From NCBI RefSeq assembly GCF_018977255.1, contig NW_024704743.1:55306001-55370000 (forward strand): a DNA stretch of 64,000 nucleotides, in the 5' to 3' direction. Below are positions 35,441 through 46,848 of this stretch, piece after piece. Made by a program: the position numbers and the translations under genes. Origin of the DNA: Callorhinchus milii (lineage: Eukaryota). Numbering within the stretch: the first letter of the stretch is position 1; every line of letters starts with the position of its first letter. The notes beneath the pieces were generated by a model that was not told the DNA's origin, ran no database searches, and saw nothing but the letters and a program-made list of their open reading frames with translations.

Positions 35441-38400
35441 GTACAAAGCCCATAGTTGCTTGGTTGTATGATGTGATGTTGCTGGTTATATTGTAGGGGA
35501 ATCTATATTGAAAGAAGAATGCATGCTGCATAATAGTCAATGTGTGTTGCTACTGAAGCACAATTCTCTTGCAGGAATCAAAGATCAAATTCTGAACCTG
35601 CCTATTGTCTACACAACACTTTTTGAATTGTTTTCTTTCAAAACGTTGTTCTAGGCATTAAAAAAATCAAAGCTTGCATCATAGTTCTCTGCTTATTAGG
35701 AACAACAAACGTATCTAGATGACATGTGTGTCCAACAGACAGTGCTTATTTGTGAAATATTATGAGATTTCTGCAATTTACTTGTACCTGGAACAGTGAT
35801 CTTCATTGGCATAGAAACAAAACATTCCTGACAATTTTGTGTCACCCTATTTAAATTACCCGCAATGTCACAGTGGTCATTTTTCTCCTCAGAGATGTTT
35901 AAAATGTAAAAACAGATTGCACTATATTCTGAATACCCCCTCCAAGCAAAACAGGGTCAAGCATTCAGACACTCCTGAGGCATGCCGAATGTTTGGAAAA
36001 TTCTTAAATTCAATTTTAATTTGGAATCTAATTTTCTGTGGATCTTAAACGTTAAGATAATGGTCTTCAGGCTATGTTCAGGAATTTTTTTTGGCTATGG
36101 ATGTTTTATTTCTAAACACCAGCCAAATCAATGAAAATATTTCAGTCATTTTGGTCCTAGTTTGACACCATAAGCCTTGTGAATTTATCAAAGGTTTAAG
36201 TATTCTTGTTATGCTGAATTTTCTAGTGCTTTTTAGTCAGCCAGGTCAGAAAGAGAGTTTTTTTCCACTTTTATTCATTAAAAATGTTGAGAGACGCGAA
36301 AGTAATATTCAAATTGAGAGGTTCACAAAAGTGCTACTGGCCAACCTTTGCACTCCCACCTTTGTGCAGAGCAATAATGCATTTGAGATTTGAATTTGAG
36401 TTGCTCGTCCTTTCAGTATGCTTCCATAAAGGAGCAAAGAAAGTGTTCACTTATGCCAATGACAAGCATATTGGCACCTGTTCACCTGGTTGTTACAGAA
36501 ACAGCGTATGCTTTGTATTTTGGTAACCAATGACAAGAGAATCCATATCCTGTTGAAGATTTATGGAACCACTTGAAGGTGAGGAAAGGATGGGGGGAAG
36601 GGGAGGACATTGTTTGGTGACTGCCTTCTGCTCTAACCATTCTCTTTCCTGTTGGCAAAATCACTTGTTTGTTGCACATGGGACAGAAACTGGTTCACTT
36701 CCAGGTGGGAGAATCTCTAAATGCTCAACGTGGCTCCCAATATTTTTTCCTGCATCGCAAATACAGTATTAGAAGCTGGTTGAATTAATAAAACTGACCT
36801 GAAATAAATCAATACTTTTTTTATCATGGTGCATGGCAATTTTCAGGAAAATAGTAGATTAGTTTAACAATTGCCCATTTGGATGTTGACATTTTTATTA
36901 TTCACATTCTTATTTGTAGGTTGGGGTGATGGCTTGACCTGGGTTCAGACTTATGAAGAAGGGCTTCATAAAGCAAGAAAAAGGTGAGTTGACAACTAAT
37001 ATTTTTCCATGTTGAATTTACTGGTCACTAGAAGGATGTAGAATAATACTAAAAGCTGGAGAAACAAATGAATGTCCTGAATAGAAAGCTGTAGCTGGTT
37101 CCTCCAATGTCAAAGCACTAGCAAAGCAGTCAGACACTAGATAAATAGACCAAAAGGTTTGAACAAGATCGGGGGTCAGCTAGTTGACCTCAACTGGGGC
37201 AACAGTGGAACACTGCAATTTACCTCAGTATCCCTGGGTTAGGGGAAGGAAATCAGCCAGGTTTCCAGCTCCTCATTATTACCCAGAGATCATTCCTGAA
37301 AGTTGCATGGGAGAAGAGGAGAACTGGGCTTTACTGTGGTGCCTCCTACAGTTGAATGGCCTATTGACACTTATTCTTAAGGAACCAAACCCCAGGAAAA
37401 CGAAATTGAGTCAAGTGTCTTTAGAGAAGAAGTAGTGGAAAAATTGACTAAAAAATTCCATATCTTCCGAGTGATGAGATCCTTCAGAACTTTTGTAAGG
37501 CATGTTTTGCTCATGTATTTGGTAACTTAAATACATTAATAAAGGTGAATTGTATGAATTTTGGTTACTACGTAGAACCCACTATATTGTTGCAGAGACT
37601 TGACTAGCTTGACAAGCCTCCCAGAAAGATTATTCAGAATTCTACTGCAATAATGAATAAGAAGTGATTAAATCAGACCTATAAATCAGGATCACAAGAA
37701 CAGCGGGGATTCCAGTGTTTTATGTTGACCCAAAACATGCTTCATTTGATAGTCTTTACAATTGTTTCCCTTCCATGTAAAGGTTCAACCCCTACTGTCA
37801 ATCCTCATTTGTTAAACATGGTTGTAAAACATACATTTGTCTATGGACATTCTACAGGATATCCATTAGTTTCCAACTATTTTAAGAGTACCATTTATTT
37901 AACAATGTGGCAGTATCTTTAGCTTTAGGTAAATTGTTTAACAATTGTTCTTGGACGTTTGGTGCAGTTGTTCTCTTCTGAGGACATGGATGAGAGAGGG
38001 ATCATCAACAATTAAAAGTAAAGCTCAGCATCCAGTCTTTATGACCAACTTGAGAAGAGGACAGGGAGGTGATGGAGTTTCCAACCTAACCTTCAATAAT
38101 TTGCCTGTACACCTTGTCCAGCCTACCTTACCTGCAGTCATTTTGTTCTTCATTGAGAGAATGAAGGAAGTCTCAAACCCAGTTGTATTTCTTCTCATTA
38201 TGATTATCAAGTGAAAATATATAGCTGATAACAATAGTCCAGGTTACCAACAGTAAGGGAAAGCCCTACATTTAATCTAGACAAAATGTTAAAACAATTT
38301 CAAAGGTTCATTTTCAATGTAGACTGTATTTTTTCTCTCGCTTTACCATGTGTCTATCATGATGTAAACAAAATTATTTTTCTGAAAAGTAATTTCTAAA

Positions 38401-41400
38401 TTATTTGTTTGTTTCAGCAACAAGCCATTAATGGTCATTCATCACTTGGACAATTGTCCCCATTGCCACGGTAATAATATTTTTTAATTAGACATTCTTT
38501 ACAGTTCTATTGTAATAAGTCTTTTAATATGTAATTAGAATTATAATTATTATTCTGCTTAAACACCATATTCAATATATAGCACAGAGAGTGATTTTAC
38601 AAAATGTCGATTGCACAGTAAAGCATGCAGTAAACATCAGGGGTTAAGCCAATACCACCCAGAGATTGATTGAGGACTAGTTTAATTCTCCTACTGTAGT
38701 AAAAACACAACTGGAGAAAAGTTCCATTATACGTCATCTTTGGCGAAGTGGACGACTAGTGGGATTTCCTATTATAAGCGCGGATTGGGCTACATGTAGT
38801 GCTCGCCTGAATTTATACCCAGACAGGTGCAAATCAGTGCATTGCTATGGACCTTTGAAAGCTACGGAATGATCCATTGGACATTCAACATACCAGTTTT
38901 TAAAGTCATTAAAAAGTTATTAAAAAAACAATTTCTAAGTTCTGTGCATACATTAAGTTGCATCTTAGTTTTTTTTACCCAGCCAGGTTTGATGTGAGCT
39001 TGTACCTTAAAGTTGCTTTCTCTCTCCATTTGACTCTACTGCTAGCAGTGATATTATTTCGACTCAGCAGTACAAAAGAATCATTATACTTCTTGCTCCG
39101 TACTAATTGGGGATAATTATATATTAACTTCTGAGTTTGCTTTTGTGTATAGAATGCAACAAAATTATGTGTTAGGTTTTTACTGTCATTAAAAAGACTG
39201 ACTTGACTCTTTAATGTATAAAAATCGGTCACGCAAAAATTCTTGGGTTATTCAATATTCCTGAGAGCTTTCAAGGGAACATTGTCCAGTGGAGATGGTA
39301 TCCATTCTCACCAGTCATGTTTATACTGTAGTGAAATGAATCAAACTGCCCCTGACTTTAGGTATCAGGTTTCCAGCATATTTCACCGTGGCAGAAAATT
39401 ACATCCAAACCAAAGTGATTTGTCACCAAGTATCCAGGACATACACAGTGTAAGAATGTCCGCTTTTGCAGATTGTTCTGTGATGGATTCGAATGGTGTT
39501 TCAGCTTCAAACCACAAATCATTATTGTCTTAAAAAAATTAAAATATGCAGCTTGACAAAATGTCATTTTTTTGTTGATATAAAATCCATCAAACACAAG
39601 AGGCAAATTTGTACATCAAAATGTTCTTCAAAGTACTGAAAGAGATTCATTGCCAGTCATTAACAATAAAAAAGTAAACAGTAAATTTAACATTAAGGGT
39701 ACTTTAGCTCTTTAAGTTAAAGAATTACTTCACCATTGCATTTTTGTGTAGCACTCCTTCAAATGGCCCATTTTCACCGGATGCCTTAGGTGCTATGAAG
39801 AACTTAACTTTTTTAGGTGAAAGTTCAGATTGCCCACATCTCAGCAGATACTGTAACATCATTAGTGCACAAGCAAACATAAACATATGAAGTTAAAGAT
39901 TGACCAGCTGCTTCAATGTATTAATGGAGAATTGATTATTCTAGTTGTGGTCCTGTTTGCTTTTTTCTTAAATAACAATAATCGTTACACGTGATCTTTC
40001 AAATCAGGAAGACATCTCAAAGCATTTCACAGGATATATTGTAATATATATCCTGTGGCCGTTGAAGTGGCCCCATAGATGAGGCAGTGAACCACAGGCC
40101 ACAACAGGATAGGAATAGGCCATCCAGGCCTATGAGCTTGTTCCACCATTTTGGTCATGACTGGTCTGCATCTTAATGTGATTTGCCTGCCCTTTCACCA
40201 TATTCCTTGATTGCCCGTGCCCACTAAATACTAACGATAAATAATAATCCTTGTATTTGGTGTGTCATCTCATTACATTATCAGAATATCTGAAAGCATG
40301 TTACAATTAAATGCAATGACTGTGTATTTGTAGGCAAATGCAGCAGCCAATTTGTGCACTGTAATGTCCCATAGACACGAGGTGAATGACCAATATTATC
40401 TGTGGAATTGTTGGAGAAGACAAGGCAAAAATGCTACCAACTAAACCAGGTTGCCAACTAATTAACCATCTACCTCCCGTTTCAATATTTCAATTGACCT
40501 GGAAGCTACAATCTTTTGGGGTGCGAAGTCTCACCAAGTAGATATGAGTTCTAACATAATGCCCTGGGAATACTAGACATGAAGCAATTTCACTTCCAGC
40601 AACAAAATGGACAGGTTAATTTATAGCATGGGAGATTGCAATCTTCAGTGATTCATTCTTGCAGTGATTGTTTCTGTTTAATTTTACTGCAATTAATTAT
40701 GAAGATCACAACTGAAGCCACACCAGCCAGGTTCATCGACAGGACCTAGAGGGACAGATCAGTCACTGGAAACAGGGATTCCCAGTAAATTCCTGCAAGC
40801 AGGGTCCATTCTCCCCAGGGAAAGCACGCCTATTCCATTCTAGACATAGGGAAATTTCCATGTGTTAGTGGCACACATTGGTAAAACTCAGTTTGGTTTA
40901 CAGACTTTTAAACTCTGTAAATGATGGATTTCACATGTGTCAGACACTCAGCTGACCAAAAAACATCATGAAGTCACAAGGCAACATAGTTATTGCTCAT
41001 ATCTATAGAACAAATGCTGCAAGTAGTTTACAGCAGGTAGCTGTGAATTCCTGGGTTTTTAATGGATGGCAATAGCCTCGTTCAGTCAATATATCAGTGA
41101 TTAACAACAGTAGTAAATACAAAATGGAAAAAAATACTTTATTTGTATCATTCTGATAAAATAAAACTATACAATCTGAAAAGTTCTAGAGAGATATTGG
41201 ATCCTTTGTTGATGGTATTGCTGAACAACTTTCATTTTGCTCTAACATTATGTAATGTGTCATAACCAATTTCATGTGATAACTTGATGCCAACTTTGCT
41301 GCAACTGCTATAGTATAACCATAGCCAAGAAAGTAAAGTGTTACTAATCTATGTTATTTATAGCACTGAGGAAAGTTTTTGCTGAAAGTGAAGAAATCCA

Positions 41401-44400
41401 GTCATTGGCTGACAATGATTTCATTATGTTGAATCTAAAGGTAAGGAATGTTTTATTTATCTATTAATATTTCCTATGAAAAGAAAGAAGTTTAACATTT
41501 GTTGAAATGAACCCATGTGGCCTTTTTACAAGAATAATCCTTACATTTGGTATAGTATATTCATGCCAGGAGGACATCTCAAAGCACTTCACAGGGTATA
41601 TTGTAAAGTAGAGTAACTGTGTTTTTTGAGCAATTTGTGCAGCAAAATTTAAATTAGTGCAGGATTCTTCAATTGAGTCACACTCTGGAAAGTGTTTCTT
41701 CATAGTTCCTAAGAAAAAACTGACAACCAAATTTAAATTAGAAGAATTTTCCACGATCCTACAGCATTTTAAATTTTAAGACAAAATTATTCAAATGCTA
41801 TGCAATCTTAGATAATCTCACAAATGCAATCTTAGATAAAATATGAATAATTGTGTTGCAAATTATTTACACATTATTTTTGGAAACAAAGTAATATGGA
41901 ATTAAATAAATGGTCATAAGAAATTAAACTGAATGTGGAAAATAGGAAAACAAGAACAGATGTCACAAAGCATTTCACAGAATATACTGTAAAGTGAATT
42001 CACTGTTTATTTTGTGGACAAAATGTGGCAGCCAATTGTGCATTGTCTCGCTTTTAAATATATTATAATTATAAGAGTAGCATCCATTATTCTATTATTC
42101 ATGTATTTAAGCACTCTATGACATCAGTCTGTCTACCTTTTAAATATATAATATATATATACACCTTTCTCTCTTTTAACTATATTATAATTATTAGAAT
42201 AGCATCCATTATTCTATTATTCTTGTATTTAAGCTCTTCGAGGCATTATTCCACACAAAGGGCGTTTATCAATGCAAGTTTTTTTTATTAATAATCATAT
42301 GCACAATAATCAACTTTGTTGATGGAGAATTTTTTATCTGTAAATGATAAACAGATCAGGTTGTCAAAGCACCCCCAGCTCCGGTGCCCAGCGAGCAGTG
42401 TCGAGCATTTTGAAACGTCCTCCCAATGAGATAGTTGTTGTATAAAAATATAAGTTGTACTATATTTAATCTTGAAGGAAAGTACTGAATGAACCAGTCT
42501 CTTTCTGATACCCGCCTACTTCCCTACTAGTACTTCTCTATTGCTATTATTAGTAAGTAGGTACCCAGTTGTTAGTCGATTGGCGGATTTAAAAAAAATT
42601 AAAAATGTGGCCACTCAATCCATGACTGTTTGTGGCACATTGCTGTGCGCAATTGGCTGCCCCGTTTCGCCCACAACATATTCAGTCAATTCACTTTACA
42701 ATATATTCTGTGAAATGCTTCAAGATGTCTTGAAGGCGTGATACGGCATTATATCGAATGCAAGGATTCTTATTATTATTATCATGGCAAATTAGTGCCT
42801 GTGTAATAGCATAGACCAGTATGATGCTATTTTCAGATTTTTAACACGGGTGTAAATTACCTATCTACCTATCCACCTACCTAATTACCAATTGCCTGAC
42901 CTACTGACCAACCTACCTACTGATCTGAGCGCTCTGAGATGCTATCCTGCTTGGAGAGCGCTATATAAGTGCAAGTTGTCGTTTTTGTTGTTGATCGATT
43001 GACCGACCAACTGACTGAATGCCGAACAACTGACCTACTGACCTCCTATTAACCTACTGATCAAGCCACCTCCTTACATTGGTAGATTCGAAGGAGCAAG
43101 AAAACGGCCTAGATGCCCATCAAGTTCACCCCAAACATTGCATCTATATCGAGAAGCTTTAGAAACGTCAGCTAACTGAATTGTGCTGCATTCTGATGCA
43201 ATACAGTTCTCAACCATTCAACACGTTATTTAAATTTAAATTATTTTTTCTTTACCTTTAGCATGAAACCAGTGACAAGCACCTTTCACCTGATGGTAAA
43301 TACGTCCCCCGTATACTTTTTGTAGGTGAGTACCTGACCTGCTTGTACATTCACAGTCATCAATACCCACTGGAAGTCTCATCAACTCCACTTCCAATCT
43401 GTAAAATTGCCAATTAAAGACCACTAATTTGTTCCTATTTCGTTATTATCAGAAGTCTAATTACTTTCTCTCTAAATTACCTAGTTTGCTATTTCGTGCC
43501 AGATTACAAGCATACCCGTTGCCTTCGTCTCTCTGGGTCTGGCCTCCTCCTCATCCCCCGAGTTCTCCGCTCCACCCTCAACCGCCGTGCCTTCATCCAC
43601 TACGCCCCGAGGCTCTGGAATTCCCTTCCTCACTCCCTTCGCTTCGCCCCCTCTCTTCCTATTTTCAGGTCTCTGCTGAAGACATTTCTTTGGTCACCTT
43701 CCTCCCCCTCCCCCTGGCTCGGCCCTGGGATCCGTTACTTTGAAGCGCTCTGAGACGCCGACCGGCGTGGAGGGCGCTATATAAATCCAAGTTGTTGTTG
43801 TTGAGTGCATCTTTGAATTTTCAGCCAATGGGGAGGAAAATTTCAGGTGCTAGACATACTACTTTTAATGGTGCTTGCGTGCTACTTTACAGATAGTGAG
43901 AAACCCCTCCACTGTTAATAAGATGGTCTCTATGGAGGCTTAGATTTAAGATCATTACCAAAAAACAAGAGGTAAATTGGAAGTGTTTATCTTCTTACAT
44001 GGAAGGTGATGGAACACCATACAAAATAGTGGTTCAGACCATTCATAATAGTGTTTGAAGGTGAGTTGGACAAGTCATGGGTTTGAGGGAGAGAAATTCA
44101 GCATGGGATGGGGAACGACAAGGGAGTGGAACTAAGTGGAATAATCTTTCAAAGCTACACAGGCATGGTGGGCCAAATGCCTTCAAATCTTTGAGTGTTT
44201 ATAACTTTAGAACTTTATAGCACAGAAGAAGACCATTCAGCCTATCATGTCATGCTGGCTCTTTGAAAGAGCAATTCATTCAGTCCAATGTAACTGCTTT
44301 GTCTCCATACCCCTTCAAATTAGTTATTTTCAAATATCTATTTACTTATAAAAAGCTGTTATAGTGTCCACCTGGCTAGTTGGTAGCACTCGCCCCTCTA

Positions 44401-46164
44401 AGTCAGAAGGTTATGGGCTCAAGCACATTAAGCTCATTAAAGCCATCCTTCATATGAGATGTCAAACTGAGGTTGTGTCTGTGCTGTTCAGGAAGACATT
44501 GAAGATTCCATGGCACCTCCAACCATGTAGCACACACACAGAGCGCTCTAGTTGAGTGTCAGCATACACTGGATGAGTTCCAAGTACTGAAGTGGGGCTT
44601 GAACCCACAGCTTTCTGATTCATCCTGAAGTATTCTCTGGGCTTACTTTTTCGATCCCAATTGAAAGCATTCCCAGTGAAAGTTCAATTTGAAATGTCAT
44701 GTTGTATTTTCAGAGTACTACACAGTAATATGCTCATGGTCTCTGTGAAAGACACTATCATTTAATATTATTTTTCTAGCAATGGGTTGAATTATTCACT
44801 TATTTTAACCACCTGACCACTAATAACCACTTCTGTGCATTTCACAGTTTTAATTGTATCTTTGCCCACAAAACACACAATCACTCCACTTTACACTATA
44901 TCCTGTGAAGTGCTTGGAGATATCCTTCTAACATGAACTACACTATACCAAATGTAAACATTATTAATATTACATTATTTTGTTTTTGCTTCGCTGCAGA
45001 TCCTTCTATGACAGTCAGAGCAGATATTACAGGGAAGTATGCAAACCGCCTCTACGCTTATGAGCCCAAAGATATTCCAATATGTAAGTGCCTTACAAAA
45101 GATTTCCATCCATTCTTGATCTATTCAAAGAGAAGTTGGTTAACTTCAATTTATTTGCATATTATAGCCATTTTGGAAAATACATCCTACTTTTCTTTTG
45201 CTGGCAAGAACTGTAATTAAATTTAGTTACAATACCTTATGAGTCTGAGTTTATATAGGGTTAATGCTTGGTCACTGTGTGATACAAGCTACAGATAAAT
45301 AAATATTTCAAAACTTTTAAAAAAATATATCTTGTCCCCCTCCCTCTCCAAAACATATGGTAGGAAATAAAATAAAATGTTTTCATAGTCTGTTACAATA
45401 GGTGGACGAGAAGTAGAATCAGTGGAAATGTGTAAAAATAAAGTTACAAATTGTTTTTCCTGTTTTTAAAATTGAATGTGTTTCCTTATTTTCTCATTTC
45501 TGCCCACTGCCATATGCCTCCTCTCCCCAGACTCCTCTCTTGCTGGGATACGGTTCCATGGGCTCCGCTTGCCCTCTGGTAACCCGTCCAAGTGACCATT
45601 GTTCATATTGTTTCTCAGCTGTGAGTGTCAACAGCCTCCTCGACTTTAGAGGACATCACAGCTTTCTTCATCAGTTGACACAAATGCCTAGTTACATGAA
45701 CCCCCTAAGGTCGGTATCTGGTGAAGCAGTGCTAAGCTGATGTCATGAAGAGGAATACTAACTTCCTACATGGTCCTCACTGCTTGAAAAACAACATGTT
45801 GCCTATATTGAATCTTCAAAGGGTTTGGGCAAAGCCATTCTCTTAGATTTGGTGGCTGTTCAGTGCCAAACTTATGGTCATTTTGGACTTTTTTAAGGAC
45901 AGATTTTAATTATATTTTCTGTCCTTCATATTATTAACACTATTGATAACTTAACATTAAGTGCTCTGAGACGCTACTCTGCATGGAGGGCGCCATATAA
46001 GTGCGAGTTGTTGCTGTTGTAACATCACATATTACCCCCAAACCCCAACAAATATATTTATCGTTTGATTCATCCAAAAGAAACTCAACTTATAGTGCTC
46101 CGTTTGCTTTTCAGTGATTCAAAACATGAAGAAAGCAAAACGTTTGCAACAGTTGGAATTATAA
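35335..46164 (+). CDS. AGR3: Anterior gradient protein (AGR3-like, thioredoxin/PDI fold), spliced CDS of 7 exons, 498 nt, 165 aa
   Basis: Seven GT-AG exons (106,64,53,77,64,84,50 nt) join in frame from ATG to TAA. The product has a signal peptide and the family motifs [26 protein letters not shown], LSPDGxYVPRI, DPSxTVRADI, NMKKA and C-terminal xxEL. The short N-terminus (VSSNLA..K.EK..P.TLSRG), FIMLNL-HET and absence of the one-residue AGR2 gap in exon 4 favour AGR3. Family assignment is near certain; the paralogue is less so. Confidence 0.9.
36920..36983 (+). CDS. AGR3: AGR3-like coding exon 2 ([22 protein letters not shown])
   Basis: Acceptor tatttgtag, donor gtgagt, 64 nt, frame consistent. 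Confidence 0.96.
37100..37440 (+). mobile_element. Family C SINE-like repeat in the AGR3 intron after coding exon 2
   Basis: cctcagtatccctgggttagggga..aaatcagccaggtttccagctcct; similar to the other family C copies. Confidence 0.55.
38418..38470 (+). CDS. AGR3: AGR3-like coding exon 3 ([19 protein letters not shown]), active-site exon
   Basis: Acceptor ttgtttcag, donor gtaata, 53 nt; TGT CCC CAT TGC at 38455-38466. Confidence 0.96.
41364..41440 (+). CDS. AGR3: AGR3-like coding exon 4 ([26 protein letters not shown])
   Basis: Acceptor ttatttatag, donor gtaagg, 77 nt. Confidence 0.96.
42051..42234 (+). repeat. Direct repeat of ~62 bp (42051-42112 and 42173-42234) in the intron after coding exon 4
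   Basis: tatattataattat.aga.tagcatccattattctattattc.tgtatttaagc occurs twice. Confidence 0.85.
42545..42782 (+). mobile_element. Family B SINE, 5'-truncated
   Basis: agtaagtagg.acccagttgttagtc through to tail. Confidence 0.8.
43262..43325 (+). CDS. AGR3: AGR3-like coding exon 5 ([22 protein letters not shown])
   Basis: Polypyrimidine tract plus tag, donor gtgagt, 64 nt; YVPRI cis-proline loop motif. Confidence 0.96.
43515..43802 (+). mobile_element. L2 3' fragment (second subfamily) in the intron after coding exon 5
   Basis: [18 protein letters not shown]; stem-loop and (TTG)n tail. Confidence 0.88.
45000..45083 (+). CDS. AGR3: AGR3-like coding exon 6 ([29 protein letters not shown])
   Basis: Acceptor ttcgctgcag, donor gtaagt, 84 nt. 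Confidence 0.96.
46115..46164 (+). CDS. AGR3: AGR3-like coding exon 7 ([20 protein letters not shown])
   Basis: Acceptor ttgcttttcag, 50 nt to TAA; NMKKA motif and xxEL terminus. Confidence 0.95.
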
Positions 46165-46247
46165 CTGGACGCTGCTGCACTCTTCTTACCTTTAAAAGGC
46201 CTGAAATATGTTCTTTTACTCACTGCCAATTCCTTGTAATTGCTTAA

Positions 46248-46253
46248 AATAAA
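46248..46253 (+). terminator. Candidate polyadenylation signal of AGR3
   Basis: AATAAA 84 nt after the stop, with a GT-rich tract (tgtttgtgtg) about 20-30 nt downstream; alternative AATAAA at 46524-46529. Confidence 0.6.
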
Positions 46254-46341
46254 CACTTTCACGTGCAAAATCAATGTTTGTGTGACTTTTATGTCTTTCA
46301 CAGTTCAAACGCAGGAACCTTATTTTATCAGTAATATATAT

Positions 46342-46848
46342 GGGGTAAAATTCCACACGGGTCTAGATTATTCTATTAACATAGCATTTTAGGATGTTCA
46401 GAATCTCGCAAATTGCTGAATTCAGTTTTCTGTAGTTCTTAAAAGTATTTACAGAAAAAATGTTTCAAACTTAAGGCCCTATTTGAGAAAGTCCCAAATT
46501 CTGTATTCTTTGAATATTATGTTAATAAAATAGATCTAGATCTAGGGCTTGCTGTCAAGGGTCAGACACTGAGCAGGGGAGAGGGAGAGAAGGGAAGGGA
46601 GGTGATCATAGGCGCAATTGAGGAGGTAGGTTTTAAGGCAGGACTTAAAGACAAATAAAGGGAACGGGGTGAGACAGATGGGTAGAGAGTGGGAGTTCAA
46701 TGGGTTTAGGGGCATAGCATCTGAATATTTGTCCACTGATGGTCAAAATTAAAAGCTATATTTTCCATCCTGGTACCTATACCAAGCCTGGTAGCTCTAA
46801 AATGTAAAGAAAACAGAATAAATCTAGACCCAGGTGGAATTTCTCCCC
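46342..46848. mobile_element. MITE / non-autonomous DNA transposon with ~33-bp TIRs, containing an L2 fragment (46550-46745, -)
   Basis: ggggtaaaattccacacgggtctagattattct (46342-46374) is the near reverse complement of agaataaatctagacccaggtggaatttctcccc (46815-46848). Confidence 0.7.

Noticed and set aside
35441..35496. In-frame read-through of exon 1 giving a hydrophobic tail ([18 protein letters not shown])
   Set aside because: The donor gtacaa is weak but sits at the expected family intron position; there is no evidence for a retained-intron product.
42860..43075. CCTA/CTGA/CCAA 4-mer low-complexity tract
   Set aside because: Ordinary decayed microsatellite with an inserted L2 tail.
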